Position numbers and translations under genes: made by a program. The notes under the pieces are model-generated. The model was not told the DNA's origin, ran no database searches, and saw nothing but the letters and a program-made list of their open reading frames with translations. This document shows positions 1 to 12,609 of a stretch of 64,000 nt of DNA, in pieces (position 1 is the first letter of the stretch; the number at the start of each line of letters is the position of its first letter). Location of the stretch: positions 248,001-312,000 of the forward strand of contig JBPGPT010000010.1 in the NCBI GenBank assembly GCA_051047955.1. The letters are read 5' to 3'. This DNA comes from Cystobasidiomycetes sp. EMM_F5 (taxonomy: Eukaryota).

Positions 1-1
1 T

Positions 2-157
2 CCGCTAGCTCTCGAGCGGGCCACCACAGCCAAATCAAGCTCAACAAAGCTGTCCGATTCTAACACCATCTCTACATTGCCTTGGTACTCCAGCGGTACT
101 ATCAGACACTCTCGAGATGGCGATAGCCGTCTGAGCGCAAGATTCTACCACTCGTAA
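2..157 (+). CDS. Possible 3' end of an upstream gene (frame open from the window edge to TAA)
   Basis: Stop-free frame PLALERATTAKSSS...RFYHS*; no recognisable motif. Confidence 0.2.
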   Translation, partial: PLALERATTAKSSSTKLSDSNTISTLPWYSSGTIRHSRDGDSRLSARFYHS

Positions 158-208
158 AGACTGGGGGCGGCAGCCACGAGACATCACATGGATTGTGGAG
201 ACCAACTA

Positions 209-2309
209 TCAGTTGAGGAAAGGGTTCGGTTGATTGAGCTTGCAGGATGTGCCATATTCTGGAAGTGTTGCGTTTGCAAAGTACTGCGATGCAAGTTAGT
301 CGAAGAATAACAAGCATACTAAGCGTAGTCAACACACAGCTTTGATGATGTCCGTATAGCATTCACTAGCCCGTCCAGCATCCGCGGAGTGGGCGCCTTG
401 CTCAACCACCACCAGTGAAGAGCCTCGAAGACGTTTGCTCACTGTTTGAGCCATCTGTAAGGGTGTGACGGGATCCAGCCGGGAGCTAGCGACCAGTACC
501 GGAGTTCTATAAATGCATTAGATCGCCTCACTAGCATAAATGGCATTTGGCCCCACCGCGTAATAACCTGTTGCCCTTCCCACGGACCTCGGTAAACTTC
601 AGTCTGCTCGTATCCCCAGTCGCCTAGACCGTAATCAGCTCACATAGGTGGGGACCAGAGAGCCTAACTTACTGCACGCAGAAATGTGAAAGTTCGAGAA
701 GAACTCGCCGTACGAGTTTATCTTGCTTATGTTGTACATCTGAGAGGTAATATCCTCCAAAGTCGAAGAGAACTTGCGCGTATCACCGCAGACAATGGTG
801 TGAATGCCATAATTACTGATGGATCCAGCCGTGTCCATGAACCTGGTGAAAGGCGTGTTGGTATGATCGCCAAAGCTTTTGATTAATGTCAGCAGGGCGA
901 CTTCATTGCCAGCAGATTGTCATACTTAGGTTGCTTGTACTCTTGTTGTCTGATCTGAGTATCATTCTCCAGGCTCGCCACGTACTGCACGAGAGCTCTC
1001 TTGTCTGTGAATGGGTATCAGCTAAGCGCAGTGCATTCCGGACAGGATCAACACTCGCCATACGCGCCGTATCGCGAAGCATCAATAGCATGGTCGAGCA
1101 GATTGGCAATGTTGAGCGTACCATTCGGCCCCGCTGAGGGTCGACTAGCCAGAAGCGTGAATTGATTCTCATAGCGCCATTTCAGAGCGGGTCCAGTCGC
1201 GTTGGATGTCGCAAGAGGCGTAATGGTCCCATTATTCATTGCGCAAACAGCACCGGCCGCTGCACAGTCTGCAAATAGCAGGTCGAGCACTGCTTCATAG
1301 TCAATTGTCGCCAACTTGGCCAATTCGACAAGATCATTCGTGTAAAGGTCGGCATCCCAGACGCCATCGATCACCATCTTACCCGTCCACTCTGGAAACA
1401 TTGCTGCGAACGTTTGACCGAGAACAGTCCCCTAGAAGATTCGTGAAACCGACGTCTGAGCAAGCTCTACGCTGACATGCATGAAGTTGAGGTATCTTAC
1501 GTAGGAGTAACCGTAATAATTGAGCTGGCTCTGACCCATGGCTTGAGCTAGCGTCTTCATATCACGAGCAGTGAGCGCAGTGGAGATAGACTGCAGCATG
1601 TCTTGATTACCGAACTCCTTGCACCGCTTTTTGAGGAGTCCCTTCAGAGCAAACGATGCGCCAGCATAACCCCATACCGATGCGGTATATTCACCCAAGG
1701 ACATCTGATTAGTATTGAGTTGCCGTCGATAATCTGGACCATAGCCCAGACTAGCCTGCGAAGACCAATGAATAAAGATTATTGATGTGCCGTAAGCATC
1801 AGGAGGCTTACCCAACTGTTCCAGTCGGACCACGCCGTATATGAGTCTGTGTAGCAGTCCAACGATGGCAATGTCATGTTTACGCCTGTAAAGCGCATGT
1901 TTTGTCAGATTCGGCGCAGCATTGTTCTGTGTAGAAGTATTGTACCTCGGGGATCAAAGGCCACCCAATTGTACACCCCGTCCAGTTGCTTTGGGATAGA
2001 GTCTATTCCTTGACGGAAAGATTTAGATACCAAGAACTTGGTACCGCTCAGGCCAGGACCGCCGTAATTCAGGAAGATGTAAGGAGCATTCGGGTCGGTG
2101 GCAGGACGCTTGCGCAGCGCAATCGATACTGTCGAGTTGTACAATCGATGCTGCGGGTCGTAGCTCATCGGAACATCATAGAAGGCGCAGTCGAATCCGA
2201 CAGCATCTGGACAGGGGAACCAATTGACGGTAGCATTGGCTGGGTTTGCATTAGCTATGAGCGTTAATGCGCTCGATAAAGCTACTATGAGAAGGCTAGG
2301 GACAAGCAT
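209..2309 (-). CDS. Secreted alpha/beta hydrolase, tripeptidyl-aminopeptidase (TAP)-like, multi-exon
   Basis: Signal peptide MLVPSLLIVALSSALTLIANA; NYGGPG; FDPRG; nucleophile elbow YYGYSY|GT; MVIDGV; LDPVTP; EQGAHS; spliced C-terminus SECYTDIIKA|YFANATLPEYGTSC...FLN*. Confidence 0.85.
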
Positions 2310-2948
2310 CAGCAGAGTGCGTTTGTTGATTGGAGAAACACCAAGACATCTTTTGTCAGTGATCTGCAGTCTTGGAGAGCTGTCACCTTGAACGGGTTGT
2401 AACAATCCCTTAGAAGGCTATGACAGGGTCGACCACGATTATGGCCCGAATTGGGAAGACATCAGAAATCTGTGCTGAAAACAAGAGCAAGTAACTTAGA
2501 TCAGCGATGCATCGTTGCGCAAATATCGGCATTCCTTGAAGCATTGCTGAGTCTGTAGGAGTAGGAACTGTAGGATTACATTGGGCGAAAAGGCTCGATT
2601 CATAAATGGGAAACCATGCAGCGGATATACGGACGCTGATAGTAGTGCACTATGTGCATGCTGGCGTTCGGGCGCTGAGTTGGTCTGCTCACGTAGACTG
2701 CTGCCCGAAACTGCCCGAGTTCTGGCCGCGAGTCCAGGCACACGGTTGCCATGCAGAATAGGCACTTGTTGCAGCCGTTTCATCTGAACAGTCTGGTCTT
2801 ACTGCACTCAGCTCTGCTGTTGCTGCCTAATCTTGCTCGACCTTGAGCTCGCCTGATCTCATTTCTCGCAACCTGTTCCGCTTCGAATTGCACCTCAGCC
2901 CATCAGCACCGGTCTGGTCGAGCCATCTGATTATCTGCAATCGCAAAG

Positions 2949-3902
2949 ATGGACATGTCTGGGCACGATATGAGCATGGGTGCATCGGGCTGCCAGATCA
3001 GCATGCTGTGGAACTGGTACACCATCGATGTGAGCGTCGCAGCCGAAACAGTCAATTCTGTAGTCGGGTCGAAGACACTGCTGATTGCCTCTCGTTGCCA
3101 ACGCAGAGCTGCTTCCTCGCCGAATCATGGCATGTACGCACAAACGCCCAGTTCTTTGGGACAGTCTTTGGGATATTCCTCATGGTCGTCGCCATCGAAG
3201 GACTCCGCCGCATGGGCCGAGAGTACGACCGTCGCCTCGTGTCGGCGTACAATGCCAAAAAGGCGCTCGTCAGGTGCAGCTGTGGACCGTCCTCGCGTGC
3301 ATCATCCACTCCAGCGAGCGCAAAGAGCTCGTCGCGCGAAAATGTCGCAAGCTGCCATTCCGCTGGCGGTCTTACCAACAGGATGCCGGTCGTGTCTCCC
3401 GCTGCGGTCCTGCCCGAGATACAACCTGCTGAACCCAAGAAGTCCTCATGCTGTGGCGGAGGTAAGAGCGGTAGTACCCAAGCCCCCGTAATCCAGCCCA
3501 TACCCATCGTCGACGAGGATGCCGACTTCAAGGAATCTGCCAGAATGGCAAACATGGATGCTTCCGCTGAGGCAGGTGGATACATCCACATGCAGTGCAG
3601 GCCAAAAGTCCCTTCCATGCCTTCCTGGGGGCAGCAGATTTGGAGAGGCTTGATCTACGGAACTCACTTTACCGGCGCGTTCCTCGTCATGTTGCTAGGA
3701 AGTAGGTCAACTGCATCTCGTTGCTTTGCGGTGCCAGTGTCCAATGACTGACGTCCAACGTGGTCTGCTAGTGTACTACAATGGCTACGTCCTCATCTTT
3801 GGCATATTTTCCGGAGCAATCGTGGGCAATATCATCTTTTCGTCCGACACTGTCGGAAGCGTCGGCGAGATTGCAAAGAGCGAGAGCCCCTGCTGCTGCT
3901 GA
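2949..3902 (+). CDS. Ctr-family copper transporter (3 exons)
   Basis: Met-rich N-terminus MDMSGHDMSMG; CQISMLWNWYTID|SCFLAESWHV; EGLRRMGREYDR; removing intron 3702-3771 restores MLLGMYYNG (MxxxM motif); ends in CCC*. Confidence 0.93.
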
Positions 3903-4070
3903 AGAGGGGTTGCCGAGACTAGTTCACGTCATGACATCCAGCTGTTTACGTTACTTCAAATGTACTGCAGGTCACTACATGATGCTTTGAATACACTGCT
4001 CCATATCGTCCCCTTTCCTTGATTGAACAGTCCTGCTGATCTGCTTGCGAGTACATAGTATTGCGACATG

Positions 4071-6117
4071 TTACCAGTAGAAGGCCTCGCTGCGAAGGTA
4101 GCACTCCATCAGCTGGGTCCTGCCCAACATGATCTCTTTGTTTAAAGCAGCAGCTTCATCCTGCACATCCGCCATGAAGGATGGTGGACCGCAGGCGACA
4201 ATTGCGAGGCGCGAGTTGCCAGCTTTCTGCGCAGCTCGACGAATGATGTGCTGAAGTGTTGGCCTCGAAACTGCAATGTCATGCTTTTCGGTCTTCTCTT
4301 CAATATCTTGTAGCATAGGGTCATGGTCCGCCTCGAGATGTTGTTCAGTGTACCGATCTTCCGTCACATGGGAGGTAAGATGGTAAGGGGCGGGAGTGTC
4401 GAGAAGTTCGTTTTGTGTCGGGAGAAGATCGAGGTATATCTGTAGCTGTCTGGCCGTCCTGCACGTTGCGACAATACGCACATCGTTCCTAGCGTGCTCT
4501 TTGACCAATTTATTGGCCACAGCAACAATGTATGTAAGACCACTACCTCCGCCAAGCAGGAGAATATGTTCATAGACGGGCAGCATCTTCAGCTTGTCGC
4601 CGTACGGACCATCGAGCCAGACTTCTGCTTCTATAGGACCTTGCCAGTGTGCAAGGTCAGCAAGATGCTTCGTTTCGCCTCTTCTGACGCGAGCAACAGC
4701 AACGACATCGCTCGAAGACTCGGAAGAGATACTCGCTATCGTGTAAGGGTGCGACTGGAGAGAATCAAAGGCATTGATTCCCGTGAATCGGAAGAACATG
4801 TGCTGGCCTGCTGACCACTTTAGACCCGACTGAGGGATCCGAATGGTCAAAAGATCGTGACCAACGTATTTCAGCGTAGCAAATGAGCGTCGCAGGTGCA
4901 CACGGTTGCGAACCATTGAGCCTAGACGGAAGAGGATGCTGCTGCCGTATATGGCCACTGCGGCATACGTGTAACTCCAGGAGTCGAGTATGTCCGCGCA
5001 ATGCCTGTCGACGACCAGAAAGATGCGTGCCGTGATCATCAGTATTGGGCTTCGCCTGAAGAGAATGCCAATCGTACGCACAGGAAGAAGAAGATGACAA
5101 AGATGGCGGCGACTACTCTATGGGATAGCTTGAAAAACTCATACCAGCGGTTCCTGCGTGCCCGGACAGAATCCGTCAGAGCAGTTTGAGACACAAAAAG
5201 GCAGAATATATACCTGATAGGCACCAAACTTGCGAAAGTCAACCAGGCCTGTGGCACGAACATGGCCACACCAGTCCACCAGCTAGATCCCATCATCCAT
5301 GAGTCCATCAGTGTGCCCTCTTTCGCATTCTTGTAGATAAAGGCGAAGGCGTGTATGGCACCGGTAATAAACATGAAGAATGCGGTCCAGCGATGGAACA
5401 CTTGAAGCTTCTCATGCGAGATATCGGTCAAGTAGCTAATGTAATTGCGCTTGCTGGCTAGAACGAGCAGTATGGGCAGAGGTCCTAGGCCCAACCAGCC
5501 TGCTCGAGTTGCCAATGGTGGAGAATCTCCCCAGGAGGCTTCGGGCCAGTAGTACTGTCCCGGGACAACTGTCATGACTGCAGAGAAAGCGTATAAGAAG
5601 CACGTAACGTTGTATGCGTTGGCCCGCTGACATGGCGGAACTTACGGAGGAAATATAATCCAAAGAGACTGATGAAAATAGCGTTGCCGTAGGACACGGA
5701 ACACCATCCTCGCACTCGGATCTGTGCGCTAGCTAGGTATCTAGCGCCAGCGATGGCGCTCACTGCAAGCGGAATCTTGAGGTGACTCCGGCCATTCTTC
5801 GCGGCGTATCGGATCCATGCACGATGCACCAATGCGAAGACGGCAATGAACGCGACCATGAGGATGACTGTAGGCCTTGCATACTGCAGGTCCGCCATGC
5901 CCTAGAAGACGGCGCACAAAAACCCGAATTAGCCCGTCTACCGGCAGGAACGGGACACATCATCAACGCGCTGCGTGCCAGCTGTACGCACCCAGTTGAG
6001 CATAGGTTTAGTCTTGATGGCGCACATCTGCTCCGCCGTGTAGAGCTCTGTTGCCTCGCAGTCTATGCTTCGGTCATGCCAGCCGCTCAAATCGAGATCC
6101 ATGCTCATCATGTCCAT
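4071..6117 (-). CDS. Ferric/cupric reductase-like transmembrane protein (FRE/NOX family)
   Basis: Heme-ligand His in VFHRW...AIH and YEFFKLSH; FAD motif HPYTIAS; DGPYG; NADPH motif LLGGGSG; CGPPSFM; C-terminal EAFYW*. Confidence 0.92.
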
Positions 6118-6421
6118 GCTGGGCAACGACGGCCGCTAGGCTTTGCTCTGTCCGAGTTGTGGTTCTGCAGGCAGTCTGAGGCGGAGTTGTTGTCGAGGAA
6201 TGGCAGCGTACAGATTTCAGCGAAATGGCGAAATACTTCGGGACCGAGGGCTCAGGCCCCGCTCACATGGCAACGAAGAAACGAAGACGATGAAACGCTG
6301 AAAGGAGTTCATACAGATCACTGTGGAGGTACAGAAGTCAAGGGCAGACGCAGGCTACTTCATCGGACAAGGATGCTACACGAGGGGATGGTTTGCTAAA
6401 TGTAGGATTGGGACAAAGTCG

Positions 6422-8629
6422 CTATATAGCGTCGTGAATCTTCCTGACGAATGAGCGCGCCTTGGCTCGCAAGCTCCTGATGCGCTTGCTGTTTCGAACC
6501 TTGATGACTTTACGCTTCATAGTCTGCACGTGTGCCTTCACGGCGCCCTTGGTGCGCATCTTGCGCAAGAGCAGGTCTTGCTTAGCTTGTAGGAGCTCGG
6601 TATATAGCTGTGCAGTAACTTCGTTGGTTGCGGTACGCAGAGCATCCATACCGGCATTTATGCGGTCCCTGCTCGCGATGACATCTGTCAGGAAGTGAGA
6701 GGGAAGGTATCGCAGCCAGTCAGCGAAGAGTACGGTGATCCAATCCCGGAAGTGGTGCATTTGGAGTGCAGTGCTGTCCCACTGTCTTGGCTTTGTGGGC
6801 AAATCTGATTGTAAAGCCGACTCTGTTACGCAGCGAGACCCACTGTCAACACGGGTGTCGGCCGACATGAAGGCCGCAGCAGCTTGAGGCCGACTTCGCT
6901 CAATGGCAGACTGTACGCAACCGCCTTTCCGACAGAGCTTGCGCTTGCTTGTCAGACTAGCATTGAGACCTTCCACCTTGCGTCGTAGACATTGTCTATG
7001 CGAGCGATCTGATGGGCGTTGTGAACATTGGAGGCGAGCGAAGGGAAGATGATGTTCGATACGATGCAAGCTGAGGTCAAACTTAGTGCCTCTTACGGCA
7101 AGGGTCTTCGGTAGATGGTGCCTGACTCGTTTGAGCAGGGCTCGTGCGCGGTGACGCTGACGCTCCATAATGTGCGATGATTCTTCGCGCATGAATGTGA
7201 ATCCGTCACCGGTGAAACGCTTGCGTTGATTTGTGATCGAGCCATTGCATGGGCGATGGCAGCTACTTCCTATCTCTAGGTGTCTTCTGCCTCTACGATC
7301 CGACAATAGCAGAGGTGTTGGCGAGGGGATGTACCTTGTGCCGTCGCGGCCCTTGTAAGCACTAGGTCGGCGGACACAAGGACAACCTGTCACTCGTGCA
7401 TTCACCAGATCGCATAGTGGGAAGGATGGTGAATCAAAGTCGGTCATTGCAGCAGATCGTAGCCATCGTTGTTTGCCTGTAGGCCGTAGTGCGGTCGGAG
7501 CCAGCAATGCAGAGGTTGAGGTCGAAGAGGCTGTCTCTCCAGGCACTTTGTTTGCTGTGCTTGTCTGGCCGGCCGCAACAGCGTGAACGCTAACAGTTTG
7601 AACAGTCATTAGTCCCAGGTGCTCCGCCTTGGCTCTTGTTGCGATTTGCGTGATGATATCGATAGATACGGGCGATAAAGTCTCTGTCGTCATGACAGCT
7701 GGCGTATGGATCTTTGTAGACTGCCAGATTCTCGATGTCTCGACGCTATAAGATACACTGGCCAGGCCGAGCACGAGTCCCACTAGGCCACAAGTTAACA
7801 GCGGTGGCCATTTGTTGGCGGACTTGAAATTCTGCCAGGCTTGAACAGCAATACGAGCATTTTCTCGTTCGCGTTGAGCCTTCAAAGTGTCCGCATCGGG
7901 TTCTGTGACTTTAACTGTTTGTTTAATGACCTCCGTTCGTGTGGTCATTTCGGTGCAAGGAGCTTGCTCGGCAGCCCCTCCGACGCTTTCTACTACAGAT
8001 ACCAGCTTTTGCAGGGCTATGTCCGTCGGACGCTTCAGCGTATCTTCGCTGTCCTCGATTATCGAAAAACCGTCCAAGACGCTGTCATCGAGATATTTGC
8101 GTGGTACATCGGTGGAGATGGCTACGACAGGGCGGGCATCGGGAAGCATTTGGGATACCTCACCAGCAGCAGGGGCAGTCGCATCAACAAGAGTGACAGG
8201 ATCAGGGTACGAAAGATCCATTGCGGTAATGGTCGAACGGCTACTTGTGGCTTTATGCAGAGTTCTGCTAGACAATGGGGTATCCTGAGTGACGCCAGCT
8301 CTGTCGCCGCTAGAGTCGGTCATTGTTGGATTGACCTCCTCTACACGGCTCATGAGCATGGACTCTGTGATGTTCTCGTAGTCTGAATCATCGCCGGCGA
8401 GGCCTCCGTGTTCAATATCGCTCAAAGCTCGACCATTACTTGAATGGCCATCGATACTATCGGGAATAGACGACATCCGATCCTCATCGTCAGACAGCGA
8501 GGATATATCCGATATGCCAGCCAGATCAGCTTCTTCGTCTGTCAGACCATGGGAATGAGCATCACTTCCGGAAGGTGAAGGTGGGGGAGGTGTGTGCGTC
8601 CGATGTCGGCGGTGAGCGTCCACGCGCAT
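6422..8629 (-). CDS. Hypothetical protein (~735 aa): acidic N-terminus, one predicted TM helix, basic C-terminus
   Basis: 2.2 kb stop-free ORF; hydrophobic stretch LLTCGLVGLVLGLASVSY; a branch/acceptor (ctaac...cag) just upstream suggests another 5' exon. Confidence 0.6.
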   Translation of the reverse strand: MRVDAHRRHRTHTPPPPSPSGSDAHSHGLTDEEADLAGISDISSLSDDEDRMSSIPDSIDGHSSNGRALSDIEHGGLAGDDSDYENITESMLMSRVEEVNPTMTDSSGDRAGVTQDTPLSSRTLHKATSSRSTITAMDLSYPDPVTLVDATAPAAGEVSQMLPDARPVVAISTDVPRKYLDDSVLDGFSIIEDSEDTLKRPTDIALQKLVSVVESVGGAAEQAPCTEMTTRTEVIKQTVKVTEPDADTLKAQRERENARIAVQAWQNFKSANKWPPLLTCGLVGLVLGLASVSYSVETSRIWQSTKIHTPAVMTTETLSPVSIDIITQIATRAKAEHLGLMTVQTVSVHAVAAGQTSTANKVPGETASSTSTSALLAPTALRPTGKQRWLRSAAMTDFDSPSFPLCDLVNARVTGCPCVRRPSAYKGRDGTRYIPSPTPLLLSDRRGRRHLEIGSSCHRPCNGSITNQRKRFTGDGFTFMREESSHIMERQRHRARALLKRVRHHLPKTLAVRGTKFDLSLHRIEHHLPFARLQCSQRPSDRSHRQCLRRKVEGLNASLTSKRKLCRKGGCVQSAIERSRPQAAAAFMSADTRVDSGSRCVTESALQSDLPTKPRQWDSTALQMHHFRDWITVLFADWLRYLPSHFLTDVIASRDRINAGMDALRTATNEVTAQLYTELLQAKQDLLLRKMRTKGAVKAHVQTMKRKVIKVRNSKRIRSLRAKARSFVRKIHDAI

Positions 8630-9280
8630 ACTTGAATCTGCGCAGCAAAGAGACTGTTAGACACACCCTTCATGCCTGCAGACGCAATGCTTGCCTGCCT
8701 ATCGTTGCTAGGTTTGGCCCGATAGCGCTTGGGAGAATAGGGGTATTGTATGGCGACGAACCTCAATGCGTAATACGTATATGGAGCAGAGTATACGCAG
8801 GTGCGGGTCTAGGAGTCAGTATCCTGGTATTTTGTGTAAGTGCAATCAGTTTAGCGGGCAGTCTGATTGCTGGCGGAGTGCTTTGACGACGTCTCGGGAG
8901 CCTACGATAGCCGCGCCACAGTCAGCTCTCGGGTGTGCGATATAGCCAACGGGTCAATCAGCACACCAAAGGATGCTCAACGCAGTTGCTGGCCACCGGT
9001 GATCTTGCTGTTGCTGTCCAAGTAAGTATGGTTGTGAGTAAAGTCGGAATCCGGTTTGGCTCAAGTCATGCTAGGCCGAGTCGTGGCAGCGGCACCTCTT
9101 TACCGAACGGCAACAGGAGGGGAGAAACGCTCTTTACATCGCTTAAAACACACGCGCGCAAATCAAGCAAGCGTCAAGGACTGAAATCTGTATTTGACTC
9201 GCAAGACAGCGTATTACGAACTGTTCACGGATATATGCTACATTGGGTGGTATTGAATGACTTATTTCGTATCAAGTTAG

Positions 9281-10683
9281 TTATACCATGATAGAAGTGA
9301 CACTGCACTCGGAGTGAGTACTTCTTCGCTTCTCCAACTTCTCAAACATGCGCCTAGCACACTCGGATCGAATAGCAGCACCGCCGCTGGAGACTGACGA
9401 GCTCGTGATGGAGCTGAATGACGCACAGGACTGGCTGCGGCTGTGGTCCTTCTCCATTCTCAACGCCATAGGCAGAGATTGCATACGAGTGTGGGTAGGC
9501 ATACCGGAAGCCTTCACACCAGAGGGCTTCAATCTTAGCTCCGTCGCGCCAGCGGAGCTCGAGGAGCGCTCTCGCAGAATACGATCCAGTCTGTTACCGG
9601 TTTGTGTAGAAGTCTGCTTTGTCTCATGCGACTCTGCCGAAGAGACCACTGGGAGCGAAATGTGGAATGTTTGTGCTTGATCCGCTTCCGGGACTTCGTG
9701 AAGCGTTTCAGCGGAATGGGTACAGTGTTTGCGCTGTGACCAGTCGCGAATCTGGTCGAGTGAGGGCATCGCTCCGACTGAGAACGAACGACGGTGTCCA
9801 ACAGGGCGCAAGCGGTCTTTGCCGGCCACATCAGCGGAAGGCACGAGGTTGTTGGCGGACTGAGTGGATACCAGCAAAGTCTTTGCCTGATCCTCCTCGT
9901 CCTCGACGGGTGAAACGATGACCTGTGGTGTTCGGGGCATGTGCGAAACTGTCGTTCACGAGTCAGCACTTTGCTCTTGCCGTTCTCTACGGCCGACTCA
10001 CTCGACAAGCAGCGCTTCTTGAAGTTGCCAAACGCAGCCTGCATGCCAATGTTGGTTTTTGCCGAGCTCTCACTCGCACCCAGTAAGGATCTGCCGGCGC
10101 TCGCAAAGCTCGACATGCGTTCCTTGCGCTCATTGAGGTCCAAATGTGGCATTTGACCAGCAAAATAGCCTGATACAGGAGGAGGCGGTGGCAGGCCTGG
10201 AGGTGGTCCGTAGCCTAGGGAAGCCCTCTGTTCGGACTTCGTCATAGGCGGGTCAGGCTCTGTCGGCGAGTTGACCACCGATGATACCATGCGCTCCATT
10301 TCTGCGTCAAGTTCTGCGTCACTTTCACTTGAATCGCTTCCTTCTTCGTCGAGTGGGTTCGCACTCTTCATCGCTAGCGCTGGAAGACCGATCTTGTCTT
10401 CGAACTCGACGGGTCCTCGAGGAGTGAGAGGTGGAGTGAGTGCAGCGGCAAGTGATAGAGGCGATGTGTGCGCTGTGAGTCGGGCAGTACGCAGACCAGG
10501 TGTTTGTTGAAGGGTGTAAGCATGTCGGATAGAAGATTGGCCGAGATTGGCCGATGCTGCAGCTGCGGAATAGGAGTCGAGTGACGCGTGCCTGCGGTGA
10601 CGATGCATGCTGCACACAAGATGGAGTCGTAAGGATTTGAAGTTAATGCGACTGTACTTGTTATCAGCCATTATTGCATACAT
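9281..10683 (-). CDS. Hypothetical Ser/Pro-rich disordered protein (start uncertain)
   Basis: ORFs 9535-10683 and 9281-9940 are joined in frame by intron 9949-10001 (GTGAGT...CTGAC...CAG). Confidence 0.55.
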
Positions 10684-11651
10684 TTCCCGCTAGTGGACGC
10701 AAACCAACGTACTCCCTGAATCTTGCAGTAGAGGTCCGGCCTCTAAACTTTGCGAAGGGCGCTGTGTTTGTCGCTAGGAATGTCTGAGAATCTCTATGAC
10801 ACTGTCGTGTGGTGATGATTTGGCACAACGAGAGTCAACGCGACCGTTAGATGGTTGTCCAAATTGAAGCCAAAGTGACTGTCCAAACCTAGTGCGGGGT
10901 TTGGTGAGAGCCGGTCGCGTCCCCTTGAGAGGAAGAGGTCAAGCCAGCGATGGACTGGATGCTTTCCGGAGACGGTCCTCGTGGACTTCAGGAGTGCTGC
11001 CAGCTGATTGCGGGCTTGTACCGGGATCAGGTGTCAGTTTGTCAAAGGGAGTGAAGAAGGCATGATGGTTGTGGCAGAATGGTAGAGAGACGTTAAGATG
11101 AGCAGAGGAGCAGTGAGTAACATCTGAGAGAGCCTTCAAATCGTGCATAGACTCAGTACACAGCAAGTATGCATTGGAGACTTTTGCCTTTCCCGGCGAA
11201 AAATTCATGCATGGCTTCCGCTTCGCGTCGACGCGTCATGCAGCAGGGCTTCGTGTCTGCCAACACTGTCACGCCGAGCAGCAGCTCTCGACGCGCCCGC
11301 ATCGCGCTCGAGGTGTCAAACTCCAGATTGGTTGAACTGATGCTATTCCGACGTTGAAATTCGAACTGCAAGGGCCGAGACTTGAAGAACTCAGTATCCG
11401 TGGCAGAGCGCGGTCTGGAAGTTCTCGACTGCACATAAGTGGTTGACAGACACCTTAATGACCTCGTTACAACAATCATCCGCATGTTCGAGCTTTATCG
11501 GGTGGAGGTGGAGACAGGTCGAATCTGTGCCAGTTGCAAACAACCTAAACATCAAACGACATTTCAATCATGCTGTTTTGGGAATGCTCTAATCAACAAA
11601 CAGTAGCAATACAGAGACTACGAATTGTAGCGAGACATTGCAAGTAGGTTC

Positions 11652-12210
11652 TCACGATGACTTGGTTACATTATTTGCGATGTCAGTGAAGTCCAGTACG
11701 ACTGTATCGTACGCCATGGGCTTCACGTATGCCTGTAGATGTAACACTGAAGTCAGATACAAATAATGTTGCAGATTGGGAATGTTACTCGCAATAAAGT
11801 CTTGGTGAGCAGTTGCATTGTATGTGTACCACAGGCAGTCGGCTTCGTTCGCAAAAGTAAGGACAGCTCCAATCTAAGCCATTGCTCAGTCATCGTCAAA
11901 GGGAAACAGTGGGCGAAAGGTAGCTGCCTACCTGCAAGCCTTTTGCGTAGCCTTCAGTCGAACTCTGGTATCCGCCTCGCAACTCTTGGATAATCTTGCG
12001 ACCATTCCAGGTTACACTATCTTTGAGAGCGAACAGCCTGTTTATAACTTCTGTCGAGTTGACAGCGTCCTTGAGCTCAAACCAGACCATATGCTGGACG
12101 ACCGGGGTGCTGGTGCTGTTTGAGGTGGGACCATCACGGATGTGCACGGAGCGTCCGAAGGCTGTGGTTGCTGATAGGGACAAGAGTGCAGCTAAGTATG
12201 ATAAGCGCAT
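11652..12210 (-). CDS. Secreted stress-responsive A/B barrel (Dabb) domain protein, 3 exons
   Basis: Signal peptide; VQHMVWFELK, GGYQSSTEGYAKG, F..EAD..Y.....HQDF, VVLDF match the Dabb pattern; second intron is GC-AG (11733-11792). Confidence 0.8.
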
Positions 12211-12609
12211 GTTGAATGATTATAGATTCGAAAGTAAGGGAGTGAGTTGCGGCGTTGATGAAGAAGTGAATGTCAATGGAACGAATGTGTCAGGAGAGAG
12301 TAAAAGAGTGACAGAGAAGCACAGCCATCGAAATAGTTGTGCTGTACTCTCTTGCAAATCAGCTGTGTTACTTTGATTCAGTATCGCAATCCGAATTCGG
12401 AAGTGATATCCGCATTTGACAGGAAATAGCAGGGGCGATGTCTGCAATGGCTATCTAAACCATGCGATGCTCCTTGAAGGTTTAGACAGGGACCTCGCAG
12501 TATTTGATGTGCATGGTAACTCGGCCGATGCAAGCAACGCCAGGCTGAATTCGGAAGACTCTGGCAGGGTCAGATCTGGACCTCACTAAAGCAGGCCACA
12601 GCGAGCAGC

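Noticed and set aside
6142..6148. TTTGCTC Mac1-type copper-response core upstream of the reductase
   Set aside because: A single copy only about 25 nt from the ATG; the same heptamer occurs inside a coding region (about 434), so chance is sufficient.
9281..10683. Overlapping ORFs in different frames suggesting a programmed frameshift or pseudogene (also seen in many other genes)
   Set aside because: Explained by canonical short spliceosomal introns, for example 9949-10001.
11226..11237. Perfect 12-bp palindrome CGCGTCGACGCG, and a 7-bp hairpin near 10883-10904
   Set aside because: Isolated short palindromes are expected by chance; no RNA-gene or transposon-end context.
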